A stretch of DNA of 64,000 nucleotides, from NCBI RefSeq assembly GCF_001194135.2, contig NC_068995.1, positions 32,535,574 to 32,599,573 on the forward strand, read 5' to 3'. The stretch comes from Octopus bimaculoides (Eukaryota). The notes beneath the pieces were generated by a model. It had not been told where the DNA came from. It ran no database searches and saw nothing but the letters and a program-made list of their open reading frames with translations. A program made the position numbers and the translations under genes. Of the stretch, positions 11,623 to 24,119 are shown one piece after another; the first letter of the stretch is position 1; each line of letters opens with the position of its first letter.

Positions 11623-12101
11623 TTCATGATTGAAAATACAGGATTGTTCATAGATTTAAGCTACTAATAAGGTTTTGAATTTGTGCCACTAAGAATTTAA
11701 ATGAGCTATGAAAGACAGTGAATACTTTTATCTCATACTTGAAATGACACTGAAAATATAACAAGCTATAAGGTAGGAAAGTTTAGATATTTCACGAACA
11801 TAAGATCAAATGAAATAATTACAATTAATTAGTAATAAAATTTATATCTACAATAGATAAATAAATGGATGACAGAAAAGATGCTGAATTTGGAGGATTT
11901 ATCAATTACAGATTAAATATACTACAACAGAATGTTGAAAAAAATAATGGAATATTAGTTTTCTTTCTGTATAAAGTATCTTCTAGCCAACCAGTCTTAA
12001 ATCATCTTACAATTTATACATCACTGCAATAAAATTTACTTCAAATTAGTTAAGATGAGCTAAAATTCCATATTATCAAAGTTAAACTAATCTGACCTAT
12101 A

Positions 12102-12960
12102 CATTAGGTCATCCCATAAATAATGCAATTTTTTATACTTCTTTTATATTTCAAAATTAAGATAAACAACATTCTTTATTTATCTAAAATATACTCTCCT
12201 TCATTTTCTACAATACTTTTCCATCTGTCTGGTAGATTTGCAAGCTCCTCTTCCAAAATTCACTTGTCTGTGATGAAAAATACTCCTCCAGTACTGTTCT
12301 GACTTCATCTACAGAATTCATATTTTTTCCATCCAAATAATTTTTTATAGAGAACCCATTTCTCATCAACAGTCACTATTCGATCTAAAACAGGTTCATT
12401 CGTGAGACATGACAACAAAGAAGAGCACATATTCACTCTCAGTGTGCGATTAGACTCAGGTTTGTGAGGAACCCATTGACCTAATTTGCTGACTTTTCCA
12501 AAGGCATGCAGATGTCAATAATGCTTGAATGACCAAATTCAAGCTTCTCTGCTAGTTCCTCAACAGTTACGATGGGATTTTGTTCCACCAAGGCTTGCAG
12601 GACACTCTTGTCAAGCTCTACAGATCTTCCAGGACAAGGCTCATCTTCTAGGCTGTAGTTTCCAGCTCAGAATTTCTGGAACCACCATTGACACTGGCAC
12701 GCTTAATGTCTGATCCCCATATACTGCATTAATATTTCTTACACTTTCCATTGCATTGTTCCCTTTATTGAACTCATAAAGCAAAATATGCTCCTTTGTC
12801 ACATCCATTATAGCTTTGAAAAAATAATTGTCAAAATAAAGCTGCACTCTTCGAAACTCGCACTAAGAATAAGGACATGGTAAAATTACTACCTGATTTT
12901 GTAGCAAGTTGATGCAGGTAGTTTATCCCATCTTCTCCTACTTTTAGTTCATACAACTGA
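12102..12960 (-). mobile_element. Decayed mariner (DD34D-type) transposon
   Basis: MDVTKEHILLYEFNKGNNAMESVRNINAVYGD N-terminal HTH, with frameshifted continuation. One TIR (attaggtcatcccataa) at about 12103. Confidence 0.88.
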
Positions 12961-13279
12961 AAAAACTGACACCTACATATACACCCACACACATGTCAAG
13001 ATCACCAGCCCTCTTTCACAAGCACATACGTGCTTTCTTACACACGCACACCTTCGTTTTGGGGTCACTACTACTTTGTTATCTCCCCTTCTTCTTAGCT
13101 CTCCTGTGTGACCCTTCTGCCCAGCGTTCGCCATGATAGATCGCTAACCACTACACACATTTTTTTTCTCTGCTTGTTTTTCTCCTTGTTTCTTTCTGTG
13201 GAAGAGCGTAGGGTCGAAACGTTAAAGACTTTTTCAATTCCCAACTGTTATACTAATACATCTATTTGTTTTCTACACC
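12961..13279 (+). mobile_element. Penelope-like terminal fragment running into gap 13280-14064
   Basis: Contains the hammerhead-like motif at 13191-13228 and resembles 41880-42020. Confidence 0.6.
13191..13228 (+). ncRNA. Variant/decayed minimal hammerhead motif
   Basis: UCUUU-CUGUGGA-A-GAGC-GUAG-GGUC-GAAAC-GUU/AAAGA. Stem I is 5 bp; the core is non-canonical. Confidence 0.55.
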
Positions 13280-14675
13280 NNNNNNNNNNNNNNNNNNNNN
13301 NNNNNNNNNNNNNNNNNNNNNNNNNNNNNNNNNNNNNNNNNNNNNNNNNNNNNNNNNNNNNNNNNNNNNNNNNNNNNNNNNNNNNNNNNNNNNNNNNNNN
13401 NNNNNNNNNNNNNNNNNNNNNNNNNNNNNNNNNNNNNNNNNNNNNNNNNNNNNNNNNNNNNNNNNNNNNNNNNNNNNNNNNNNNNNNNNNNNNNNNNNNN
13501 NNNNNNNNNNNNNNNNNNNNNNNNNNNNNNNNNNNNNNNNNNNNNNNNNNNNNNNNNNNNNNNNNNNNNNNNNNNNNNNNNNNNNNNNNNNNNNNNNNNN
13601 NNNNNNNNNNNNNNNNNNNNNNNNNNNNNNNNNNNNNNNNNNNNNNNNNNNNNNNNNNNNNNNNNNNNNNNNNNNNNNNNNNNNNNNNNNNNNNNNNNNN
13701 NNNNNNNNNNNNNNNNNNNNNNNNNNNNNNNNNNNNNNNNNNNNNNNNNNNNNNNNNNNNNNNNNNNNNNNNNNNNNNNNNNNNNNNNNNNNNNNNNNNN
13801 NNNNNNNNNNNNNNNNNNNNNNNNNNNNNNNNNNNNNNNNNNNNNNNNNNNNNNNNNNNNNNNNNNNNNNNNNNNNNNNNNNNNNNNNNNNNNNNNNNNN
13901 NNNNNNNNNNNNNNNNNNNNNNNNNNNNNNNNNNNNNNNNNNNNNNNNNNNNNNNNNNNNNNNNNNNNNNNNNNNNNNNNNNNNNNNNNNNNNNNNNNNN
14001 NNNNNNNNNNNNNNNNNNNNNNNNNNNNNNNNNNNNNNNNNNNNNNNNNNNNNNNNNNNNNNNNCATTGTTGAAACTGAGAGTAAATTGCAAAAGGTCCT
14101 CAACTTGTTTAAGGAAAATGACTTCCAGGCCAAATTCCAAAAGTGGTGTATTGCTGTGCAAAGTGGCTATTTCAAAGGAGATGATGTTAAAACTTAGATA
14201 AGTTATTTCTTATCAAACATAACTGGTCTGGGAACGTTTTGACACCACCTCGTAACTACACCACCTGAACATTAGAAAGCTGATAGCAGAGTGCTTGGTA
14301 TGCAAGTTGTAAAAAAAAAAAAAAAAAAAGCACCCAGTTCACCCTGTAAAGTTGTTGGCATTTGGAAGGGCATCCAGCCATAAAAACCATACCAAAGTAG
14401 ACACTGGAGCACAATGTAGTCCTTGGACACGTCAGATCCTGGAACATGGACATTAAATGACAATGATGATGAGGATTCCTCAATATTTTCATATAAATCA
14501 AACCCCCCAAACTGTCAGATATCAATATGCAATTACCAATCGTGTATGCTGGAAGTAATTCTATCAACCATGTCCTTGGTTTAAAATGTATAGGTCCCAT
14601 GCTAATGTAAGAAATCATGATATTTTGATGAAAAACAAAAGCAGGAACGGTAACTAAAAAAGATATGGCTATTAC

Positions 14676-14804
14676 CTCTTTTTGTGCCTGCAAATGTTCA
14701 ATTGTAGATTTATGTAAGTGACTATATGGTGACAGCAAAGCAGTTTTTACAGCAGCTACAACATAATTCTTTGATAACAGTTGGTCCACTATATATTTAA
14801 CACA
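14676..14804 (-). CDS. NBAS: NBAS exon 23 (129 nt): CVKYIVDQLLSKNYVVAAVKTALLSPYSHLHKSTIEHLQAQKE
   Basis: tttttacag / gtaata, phase 0-0. Matches GVKELC..SLKLLL..HLHEMALEQI. Confidence 0.92.
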
Positions 14805-15587
14805 CTGTAAAAAAAAAAAAAAAGAAAAAAGAAAGTAAGAAAGAGAGAAATAACATTAAACATTTAGCTAATACTTACCCCTTTGAAAATTGATCCAAAT
14901 TATAACTGAAACACCTAAGTTAACTTTAAAATCAAGTGTCAGGAGTTTACCATCAATGTAACATGTGACTGAGATTAGAAGAAACATTAACATTTAGAAC
15001 CAATGTGATGGACTCTCCTGTCGAAGATGATGTATGAGTGTTCAGCTTTTTGCCGAACAACCTGCACAAATGATTTGTTTCTAGTGATCAAATGTATGTG
15101 CTGTGCATTAGTTCACTCCTTCCATCAAACTGATGTTGCTTGAACAGGTGCACAGTGTTAGGTGTCAAAGTGATTGCAGGGCAAGGAGAAACGAAGTGTT
15201 TTGCTCAAGAACACAATGCACCATTTGGTCTAGGAATTGAAACCACAATCTTGAAACTGCGAGTGCAACAACCAAACCACTAAACCATGTAACAGGTATA
15301 TTATTGACATATCTGATACATTAAAGTAAAGGTAACATTTATTGCTGACTGTTTATACCCATAATGCCAAGATCAGAATAATATCTCTATGGTATGATTT
15401 AAATAGAAATATAACTTGAGGTGCCCATTCTTTCTAGTAGCACATTGTAAGTTGATAATAAAGAATAAGAAAAACAAAACTTTAATTTCATTAGCTTTCA
15501 ATTAAAGGTGACTTTTTTTTTTTTTTTTTATAATTTTTTGTCAGACAAGAAAGAGCAGTCCAAGACTGTTTTCAGATCTTCTAAAAC

Positions 15588-18500
15588 TGTTATGCCCTTA
15601 AAATGTTGGATTGTTATAACGCCCACTTCAGTATACAGTATACTTAATAAAACGAGTAAAGACACTATCTCTGACCACCTACTACATACGCTGATACTTC
15701 ACACACTTCTTTTAACTTACAGTGATAGGTTATTCCATTCATCACATGGAAGGGGTGTACTATTATTACTAATTTCCTACAAAATCTCACCTTTTAAGTT
15801 TTTCTTAGGAAGTGTCATTTTATTTAATAATTTTTTTTATGCACCCCACTTCCCGTTTTTGAGTTTGTTTTTTTCTTTTACTTTCCGTACAATTTAATAT
15901 TTTTTGCACTTGGCAACTATTTTCAGGAACTCTGCAGGTTTTCTTTTCGTCTCACTTGTACACTTGGGTCCAATCACCTGCAGTAGCATTCGTACTTGGA
16001 ACATATCATACAACTATTCCATCAATTCTTCCAACTTCTTTGGTTCGCTTTCCACGAATCTCTTTTTCAGTTGGTTCCCGTGTCTCTTTTGTATGCCTTT
16101 TCTACTTTTTACCCAATACATCATTTTACCTATGCATTCGGTAATTATGCCATCTTCCCAATTCTACTTCCCATTCTTGTATGCCCTCATGTACACCTTT
16201 TCACCAACTTTAAAGAATCTTACTGCCTTCCCTGGCCAGGTAACAATTTATCAAAGACTGTTTTTACTTTCCTTGCAAACATCAACTCTACAAGTGAGCT
16301 ACCTGCTGGTGTATTCAGATTTGGTGACACAGTACACTCTTAAAAATTGTTGTAGAGGCACCTCGTCCATGACTTCCTAATTCGATCTTCTAAGGGCTCT
16401 TTTGAAGGTATCATCAAAGCATTCTGCCTGTCCATTAGATCTGGGATGGTATGGCGTAGTAGTTACATGTTCTACCTTGAATGTTTCACAAAACTTTTAA
16501 AATTCACTAGACACAAATTGTGTTCCATTGTCAGACACTATTTTGTCTGGGATGCCAAATTTTGCAAACAATTTGTGTAAAACATTTATCACAGTTGAGG
16601 AGGTTGGTTTTTTAACATTTACAGATTTCAGGCCATTTCAAAAGACTATCAACTACCACTAAGTAGTAAGAACCATTTAAAGGGCTAGCAAAATTGATGT
16701 GTAATCTGAACCACAGAACATCTACTTTTGAACAATATTTACTTTTTATTGTGAGCAATTTTTCATTTTGTTTTGGCTTACATACAAGTGTTCCAGTTTT
16801 ACTGCAATTTTTCTTTTTTAGTCCCTCAGCTGCATTCAAACCTTCAACTGAACCGACTATATTTCCACACAAAACATTTATGGGCATATTCCATACTTTG
16901 AATAGTTCCATCCACTCTGTTACATTACATACAAATTCACCAAAAAGATATCTTTTTCCCCTAATACCATGTGCTACCTTTTTAGACATTAATTTCAGCT
17001 TACCGACATATTTCCACATTTTTTCGTTTATAACGGTGATGTCACTACCAGTGTCCAGTTGCATTTTAACACTTGTATTTCTGATTCTCACATTCATAAA
17101 TTTCCTCATCATTATATTACCAATTTCTTCCGATGACACACTATTTATTCTTTTTCCTTTGTTCTGACATTTTGTCGTCTTCGTTCTACAGTGCGTCTTT
17201 AAATGTCCTATATTTCCACAACGAAAACACTGCTTTTTTAAATGGACAATTTTTTCCTCAGGTGTATACCTCTACATGCAAATCATGGGTTTATTTCCAG
17301 ATTTTTGTCGTGTCTTTTTAGAAAACACTATCTCTATTCTGATTATTTTGCACTTGCTTTATTTGGAAATAATCTTTACTCTTTTACTTGTTTCAGTCAT
17401 TTGACTGCGGCCATGCTGTAGCACCGCCTTTAGTCGAGCAAATCGACCCCAGGACTTATTCTTTGTAAGCCTAGTACTTATTCTATCAGTCTCTTTTGCT
17501 GAACCACTAAGTTACAGCGACGTAAACACACCAGCATCGGTTGTCAAGCGACGTTAGGGGGACAAACACAGACACACAAACACACACACATATATATATA
17601 TATAAATATACATACATACGACTGGGCTTCGTTCGGTTTCCGCCTACCAAATCCACTCACAAGGCTTTGGTCAGCCCGAGGCTATAGTAGAAGACACTTG
17701 CCCAAGGTGCCATGCAGTGGGACTGAACCCAGAACCATGTGGTTGGTAAGCAAGCTACTTACCACACAGCCACTCCATTCAATTTCCTGTGTTGTGTCTT
17801 AATTTGACTACCCTTTCACATTCTTCTGACACTTGCTGTGGGGTTACATCCTGGGTTTGTTACAGCTTTGTAAGAAAGCTAGTTCTAACTTCTGCATCCT
17901 TTTCAGCAGTAAGACATTTGAACATATCTGGTGTTAATTCGTCCAGCTTAAACTTCTCGCATTTCCTGTTTACTGTACCAGCATATGTGACGTAGTCCTC
18001 GTCGTCTTTCTCAATATTCAGACAATTCTAATTTGTGTTGAACAATGAGCTTTTTTCACTGAAAATTTCACACAATGTATCTACTGTGTCACTTAAGTTT
18101 ATGTCCGAAGGTTTTCTTGAGAGTACATATTTACTGTATCACTCATATTCTGTTGCTGCCAGTTTTCTCAAGATTAAGCATATTTTCATCTTGCTGTCTC
18201 AATCATTCTTTCACAAAGATTTGCTCATATCTTCTGTAGTACGCTTCAAAGGTAACTTTTTCATCAGGTTTATATTTGAATTATGTTATAGAGTTTGTGA
18301 CATAGTCGGACGAGAACACTTTTTCTGAATTTTCTGAAGTCTTCATTAATTGCAGTATTTGTTGCTGTAATAGTAACTGTTGTTGTTCTTTCATTTGTTG
18401 TTGTTTTTGCAACTTGAAGAAACCAGCCAATAAATTTTCCATAAAATTCACACAACAATATTTTGTGAGTTTGTTAACTTCTTGTGAGTTGTCAATTCCT

Positions 18501-18772
18501 CGTAGAGTTTGTTAATTGTTCACGAGTTGTTTAAATCTTCGCCAAGTGTTTATTAATTCCTCGTGAGTTGCTTAAATCCTCGTCACCACTGTTGTATCCC
18601 TAAAATATTAAATTGTTGTAACACCAACTTCAGTATACAGTATACTTAGTAAAACCAGTAAAGACACAACTATCTCTGACTGCCTACTACATACTCCCTT
18701 TACTTATAGTGACTAGGTTATTCCAGTCATCACATGAAAGGGATGTACCATTATTACTAATTCCCTATAACA
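15588..18772 (-). mobile_element. Ty3/Gypsy LTR retrotransposon (K02A2.6/Mag-like), decayed and lacking RT/RNase H
   Basis: LTRs at 18590-18772 and 15588-15784; TSD AAAAC at 15583-15587 and 18773-18777; PBS gtggtgacgagg; PPT aaaaggtgaga. Gag (CLNIEKDDEDYVTYAG), protease (LDTGSD) and integrase (WFRLHINFA, VSDNGTQF, RSNGQAE) are recognisable. Confidence 0.93.
17374..17776 (-). mobile_element. SINE family 1, full length, nested in the Gypsy gag region
   Basis: Close match to family structure; interrupts gag. Confidence 0.93.
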
Positions 18773-19758
18773 AAAACTGAGAGAAGAGAAGGAGTCATCT
18801 TCAGGCTGGAAAGCTGAATGCTTACCACAGAGATGATTTCACTAAAGGTACCAAAGGGCCAGAAGATGATATTAAACAGAATGACAGCTTAAATTTATCC
18901 TTTTTTCACCATAGTACCTGTTTACAAACAGATAATCTAAGCTACAAGTGTCTAATGGTTTTGACAAGGATAAATAGTCAGGACACAGCTCATCAAGATT
19001 TCAGCTAGCAGGCTGCTGTTCTAACAATTCCAACAGCTATAACATTCAATATTTTTCATATGTTTTCCAATAAGTCTCCAAAAGTTACTCAGAAAAATGT
19101 GTTACAAATGTAGGTGTCATAAACCAATTCAAAAGAAGGCTTTTATCCAAACTTTGTTCAGCTCACGTCTAATCCATTAATCATGGCTGCCCAACGATTA
19201 AGACAGACATGTTTTATATTAGGTAAAAACAGCATCCATTCATTAACATCATTCGACACTATGCCGCGTTTTCATACTCAATACAAAATATGATTTCTGT
19301 ATTTTTATCTATTATTTACAATAGTAGGAAGGAATTAATAATAGGATATTATAATTCATAACAGTAGGATTAAGAAGATCTTTTAGTCCTGTCAAGAACA
19401 ACCACCCTTCTAGTGCTGACACCACAATTAAAAGTATCTAGTATTCTCTGCAAAGTAGTTGATGTTTTACGAAGGGCAACCAACTGTAGAAAGCATACTG
19501 AAATCAGAATGTACAAATGAGACAAGCCTCTCCAACTTAGGAAGTCAGTAATTCTGAATAAGAACTGACTCAAACTGTGAATGTCCATTCTATGAAAAAC
19601 AGGCATAAAATGATAACTGTAAAATTTGTAACCTTTCATCACAAACCAAAAGGTTTGAGAAACATGGTATATTAATTCATGCACATGAAAAAATACAAAA
19701 AAAAAATACAATATGAAGTTTTATTTAATACCAATTCTAAAAAAGTGGAATGTATTAC

Positions 19759-19888
19759 CTCTTCACTCAGAGCTGCTTCTTCAGGAATGTCTTTTAAAAT
19801 GGTTCCAATCATTGGAACACATTCAGGAACAGTACTCATGCTTGTTACCAACTGAATCCAGGGGTTGTCTGAAGCATTATTCTGATTG
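19759..19888 (-). CDS. NBAS: NBAS exon 22 (130 nt): NQNNASDNPWIQLVTSM...DIPEEAALSEE
   Basis: aaacag / gtaata, phase 2-0. Matches NNPWVRLAT. Confidence 0.92.
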
Positions 19889-19907
19889 CTGTTTCATTCC
19901 ACGGAAG

Positions 19908-19938
<31 letters not shown>

Positions 19939-20352
19939 AAAAGTGAAAACTGAAACAATATTGTAGAATTTAACCATCTTTCAGGCATAATATTGTTTTC
20001 AGGAAACGATCGTTTAAATATGTTAATATCTTTTGAATATACATAAGATCAATTTTAAAAGAGAAAGGAATGTAATCATAAGAATCTACTCGAGTACATT
20101 TCTAACAATTATTTCATAGACAGCAGAGAATTTTCAACACAGAATAATATATATTTGAGGAACCAGTCTAAAAACTGTAGGACATGCTACCATTTGCACT
20201 AATTCCTTATCCTTCATGTTCATAATAAATTATAGATAAACATACTATTAGCTCTACTACAAATGTTTGCTTTGCTATTTGAGAAAAAGTCAAAGAAACT
20301 AAAGCAAAAAACATATTAACAAAAAAAAAAAACATTGAAACAAAAAACTTAC

Positions 20353-20486
20353 CTGCACTTAAATGCAGGCCACATTTTCAGCAACTGACAAACAGCTGTA
20401 AACTGGCTACTGTTTGTGCTGGAACTAAGTAAATTGGTAAATAACTGGTGACGTGATTCATCTGACTGAATTTCATCATCAGTAAT
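20353..20486 (-). CDS. NBAS: NBAS exon 21 (134 nt): ITDDEIQSDESRHQLFTNLL...VCQLLKMWPAFKC(S)
   Basis: ctgacag / gtaagt, phase 0-2. Matches DIENEENRYCLFMELL..LLLQAWP. Confidence 0.94.
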
Positions 20487-20682
20487 CTGTCAGAAAAGGA
20501 GGTAACAGATAAAATTGATTCCAGAAAGATGATACAAATGTATTATTAATTTAATTATAGTCATATTTAAAATGAATTCCTTCGTAATTTAATTTCACTT
20601 TGAAGAAATATATGATCTTTAAATAAGAAAACTGTTTGCCATAAGATGCACATTTTAAATCATTGATACTTTTTTTTTAATA

Positions 20683-21040
20683 AGCACAGACTTAAAAAGT
20701 TTGCTTCCCAAGCACATGGTTTTGGATTCAGTCCCACTGCATGGCACCTTGGGCAAGTATCTTCTACTATAGCTCCAGGTTGACCGAAGCCTTACAAGTG
20801 GATTTGGTAGATGAAAACCGAAAGAAGCCTGTCATATACATATGTGTGACTTCATGTTTATGTTTGTCCTCCATCACCACTTGAGAACCTGTAGTTGTTT
20901 ATGTCCTTGTAACTTAACAGTTTGGCAAAAGAGATTGATAGAATAAGTACCCCATAATGGGGTTAATTTCTTTGACTAAACCCTTCAAGCCAGCGCCCCA
21001 GTATGACCACAGTCTAATGAATGAAACAAACTAAAGATAA
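20683..21040 (+). mobile_element. SINE family 1
   Basis: B box, central block and tail present. Confidence 0.88.
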
Positions 21041-21474
21041 TAGATTAGCTATGACTCAACTGAAATTATGTGACCTCTTCATCAAGTGACATTTATACTG
21101 ACATCTATACTCAAAAGAATATTGACAAGCCCTAGTACAAGAGATATTAGAGATAGTGTGAAATAAACACAAAAAAATATCCCATCACCTTTGAGCATAA
21201 TCCCTATAAAGCATGATTTTGAATTCTATCCACAACTATTCATATTACAAGCTTAAGAATAGTCACAAGAAACATGACAGCAACAATGATCTCTCCACCA
21301 CAATGAGGACTGACAGAGAAATAAAAGGACTGTTTTTGTGAGGACATCTTGCTGATTACTTCAATAATAGATAACATCAACCTCATCATCACAGCTACAG
21401 GCGTGTTGGGCAACACTATGATAACCATTTCAATGTACATGACAGCTATGGTTGTGGTACAATAGAATGAAGAG

Positions 21475-21960
21475 GAATCAAAGCACTTGGAACTCTGTGA
21501 TGCAAATGACCTAACTACTTGCAACACTAATTTCAGGAAACTGGCCAACCGCCTGATTACTTATCAGAAAGGCAAACATGCAAGCCAGATCAGATGCAGT
21601 TTGTACATACCAGGAAATGAGGTAGACAGTTGTTTATGAATAACAGGTCTTCCCAAATGAAGAATGTACCACTCAACAAAGGGCTAGTGATTAGTAACAT
21701 CAAAGTAAGAGCTATACAGACCCACAGACACAAGACATCTGGAGAATCTTTTTGGCACATGCCAAAAAGAAGATGATACAAACTTATAACATAGAAGACA
21801 ACTAACATTTTCTTTGAAACAACCTGCTAAAAGCTACAGAACCGATCTGTGAATAGAGCAAGGTTCCAGTAAGAGGGAAAGTGACCTAATCATAAAATGA
21901 TATGGTAGATAAAGCCATAAAAACTAAGAGACAGACTTGAGAAGAATGGAAGTGGGGAAC
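21475..21960 (+). mobile_element. RTE-LINE APE-endonuclease fragment
   Basis: KHLELCDANDLTTCNTNFRKLANRLITYQKGKHASQI, homologous to 45440-45570. Confidence 0.8.
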
Positions 21961-22825
21961 AAGAAACAATTTCAGGTAACCCTCTTCTTTCATTCTCATA
22001 ACCCAATACTCCCCCACTTTATAACCCTGTTTCCTTCCTATTACTCTCTTTTCCCTCAGCACATAATTCATGCTATTTCTATTGAACTTCTTTACCAACA
22101 ATTGTCATTTAGCAGACCTACACTCTTCCCCTTCCTTTACTCTTTCTCTCTATCACATTCTCACTCCTATCATTTCAGTACTCTTCTATGATACTCTCCT
22201 CTAGCACCCTCTCACTCTGGTTATCATCATCATCAACATTATCATCATTTAATGTCCATTTTCCATGCTGGCATGGGTTGGATGGTTTGACTGGAGCTGG
22301 CAAACTAGAGAGCTACACCAGGCTCCAATTGTCTGTTTTGGCATAGTTTCTATGGCTACATACCCTTCCTAATACCAACCACTACAGAGTGTACCAAGTG
22401 CTTTTTATGTGATACCAGCACAGGCATTTTTACTACAGTTATACATCACCATTAAAATTTTTGAAAGATTAATGAAAAATAAAGGTTACTGTGAGCACGA
22501 CCATAACTCAATGTTTATATTGTCTCAGTCGAGCTCACATTGATAAAAGTTGATTTCAATGATAAAGAATTATCTTTCGAATAGGCTATTTAGTATGAAG
22601 ATATGCCAATAATATATAAAGTAAAAATGTTTTTATTACCTATATTATAATTCTTTTTATTTTGTTAATCTGTTCATGTATGTCTGTGGTTATTGCACCT
22701 AGGTCAAAGTTAACTTACTTATAAAATCACTTAAAATTCAAAGTTTTATTTTTAGAATGGTGGTATAAGATGACCCCAATTTTTTAGGATCTAAAGGTCA
22801 TCTTATAAGCAGAAATATACAGTAC

Positions 22826-22912
22826 CTTATATTCTGGCCAAGATTCCTCAATGATGGCACTAGTTCGGTAAAACAGCAACAATTTCACGTCTTCAGGTTT
22901 AAGTCTGAAGTT
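22826..22912 (-). CDS. NBAS: NBAS exon 20 (87 nt): NFRLKPEDVKLLLFYRTSAIIEESWPEYK
   Basis: ttatcag / gtactg, phase 0-0. Matches SFHLTEEDSKLLVFFRTEAILKASWP. Confidence 0.95.
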
Positions 22913-23570
22913 CTGATAATGGAAACATCAACAAAGCAATTAATATAAATTAACAAAATAATATCTTTTTCATTTTGTACAGGTACCAAGAAAAATGTCA
23001 TAATTTGTTACTTAATAGATTATACAAAATAATAGAAATAACAGCAACAAGGATAAATATATCTTCATAAACACAATGCATGAGGTACAATGATGTTAGA
23101 AAAAGACCCCCTTCGGTCATGAATGACCATGGGATTGCACCGAGAGAGTGTTCCCCTCCACTGCTTGACAACCAGTGTAACCTAGCAACTCAGCAAAAAG
23201 AGACTGATAGAGTATGAACAAGGCTTAACAAAAATTAAGTAGTGGGATGTCAATTCAATCAACTTAAATTTCTTCAAGGTAGTGTCCCAGGATGACCACA
23301 GTCTAATGACTGAAACAATAAAAGATAAAAAGATAATGTTGTAAATCAAGTGTCATGCAGGCGGTGTCCTTCATTTCCAATCTTCCATGAAAACATGTCT
23401 GGTCATGGAGAAATATTGCCTTACTTGGAAACAGGCAATGGCTGGCAACAGGAAGAGTATCTGGCTGTTAAAAAATACTCTTCAATTACTTGCATCTAAT
23501 GCATTATAAAAATTAGGTAACTCTAATCTCTGCCATATATTGGCTTTGTTTTAAAACCAGTACTTACCCT

Positions 23571-23797
23571 TTAAACCTTTTGATATCAACCTGCTTGAGA
23601 CTGCCCCAGGTTCTATGACAGAAACCCACAGTTTTAAAGTCGTCTAAATTGTAATCTTCCATCAAAATTTTATGCTTATTTGTTCCAGACCCCAGCTTAA
23701 TAATTAGAAAGTTATTTTACTAAATTCTTCATTATTGTAAAAATTGATTGATACAAAGGCAATATATGCCAACAGAAATATGGTAACAAAAGGGTTA
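23571..23797. mobile_element. piggyBac-like MITE family B
   Basis: ttaaacctttt..aaaagggtta termini. Reverse-orientation relatives at 54185-54390 and a split copy at 60991-61120 plus 63213-63375. Confidence 0.75.
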
Positions 23798-23863
23798 TCC
23801 ACATTTTAGTGTTCAATAAGAACAAGATAAAGACTACACAGATGTAAAGTAAAGATTATTTAC

Positions 23864-23972
23864 CTTTTCTAAAGTTGCAAGTAAACCGAGTCGAGGTTGG
23901 ACAGCAATAGAAGTATCAGAGCAAAATGGTAACACCTGCATCAGTACTTCATCAGCAGTTACCAACTGGCCA
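23864..23972 (-). CDS. NBAS: NBAS exon 19 (109 nt): GQLVTADEVLMQVLPFCSDTSIAVQPRLGLLATLEK
   Basis: tttttag / gtaaat, phase 2-0. Matches ELVSPEDLLEWLRPFCAD..VRPRI. Confidence 0.94.
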
Positions 23973-24119
23973 CTAAAAATACAAATGTAAAACATTAAAA
24001 AAAAAACTATCATCATTACCTCCCTCCCCGCTCCTGGTCATTACTATTTCAAGTCCTTTAGGACCTATAGGACAGGTTACCCATTACATGGCGTATAAGT
24101 GATAGAAATCACAATATTC

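Noticed and set aside
13108-14201. Long ORFs around 300 aa
   Set aside because: They are artefacts of N runs. The same applies at 41960-42286 and 59078-59649. NBAS phases join without needing exons in any gap.
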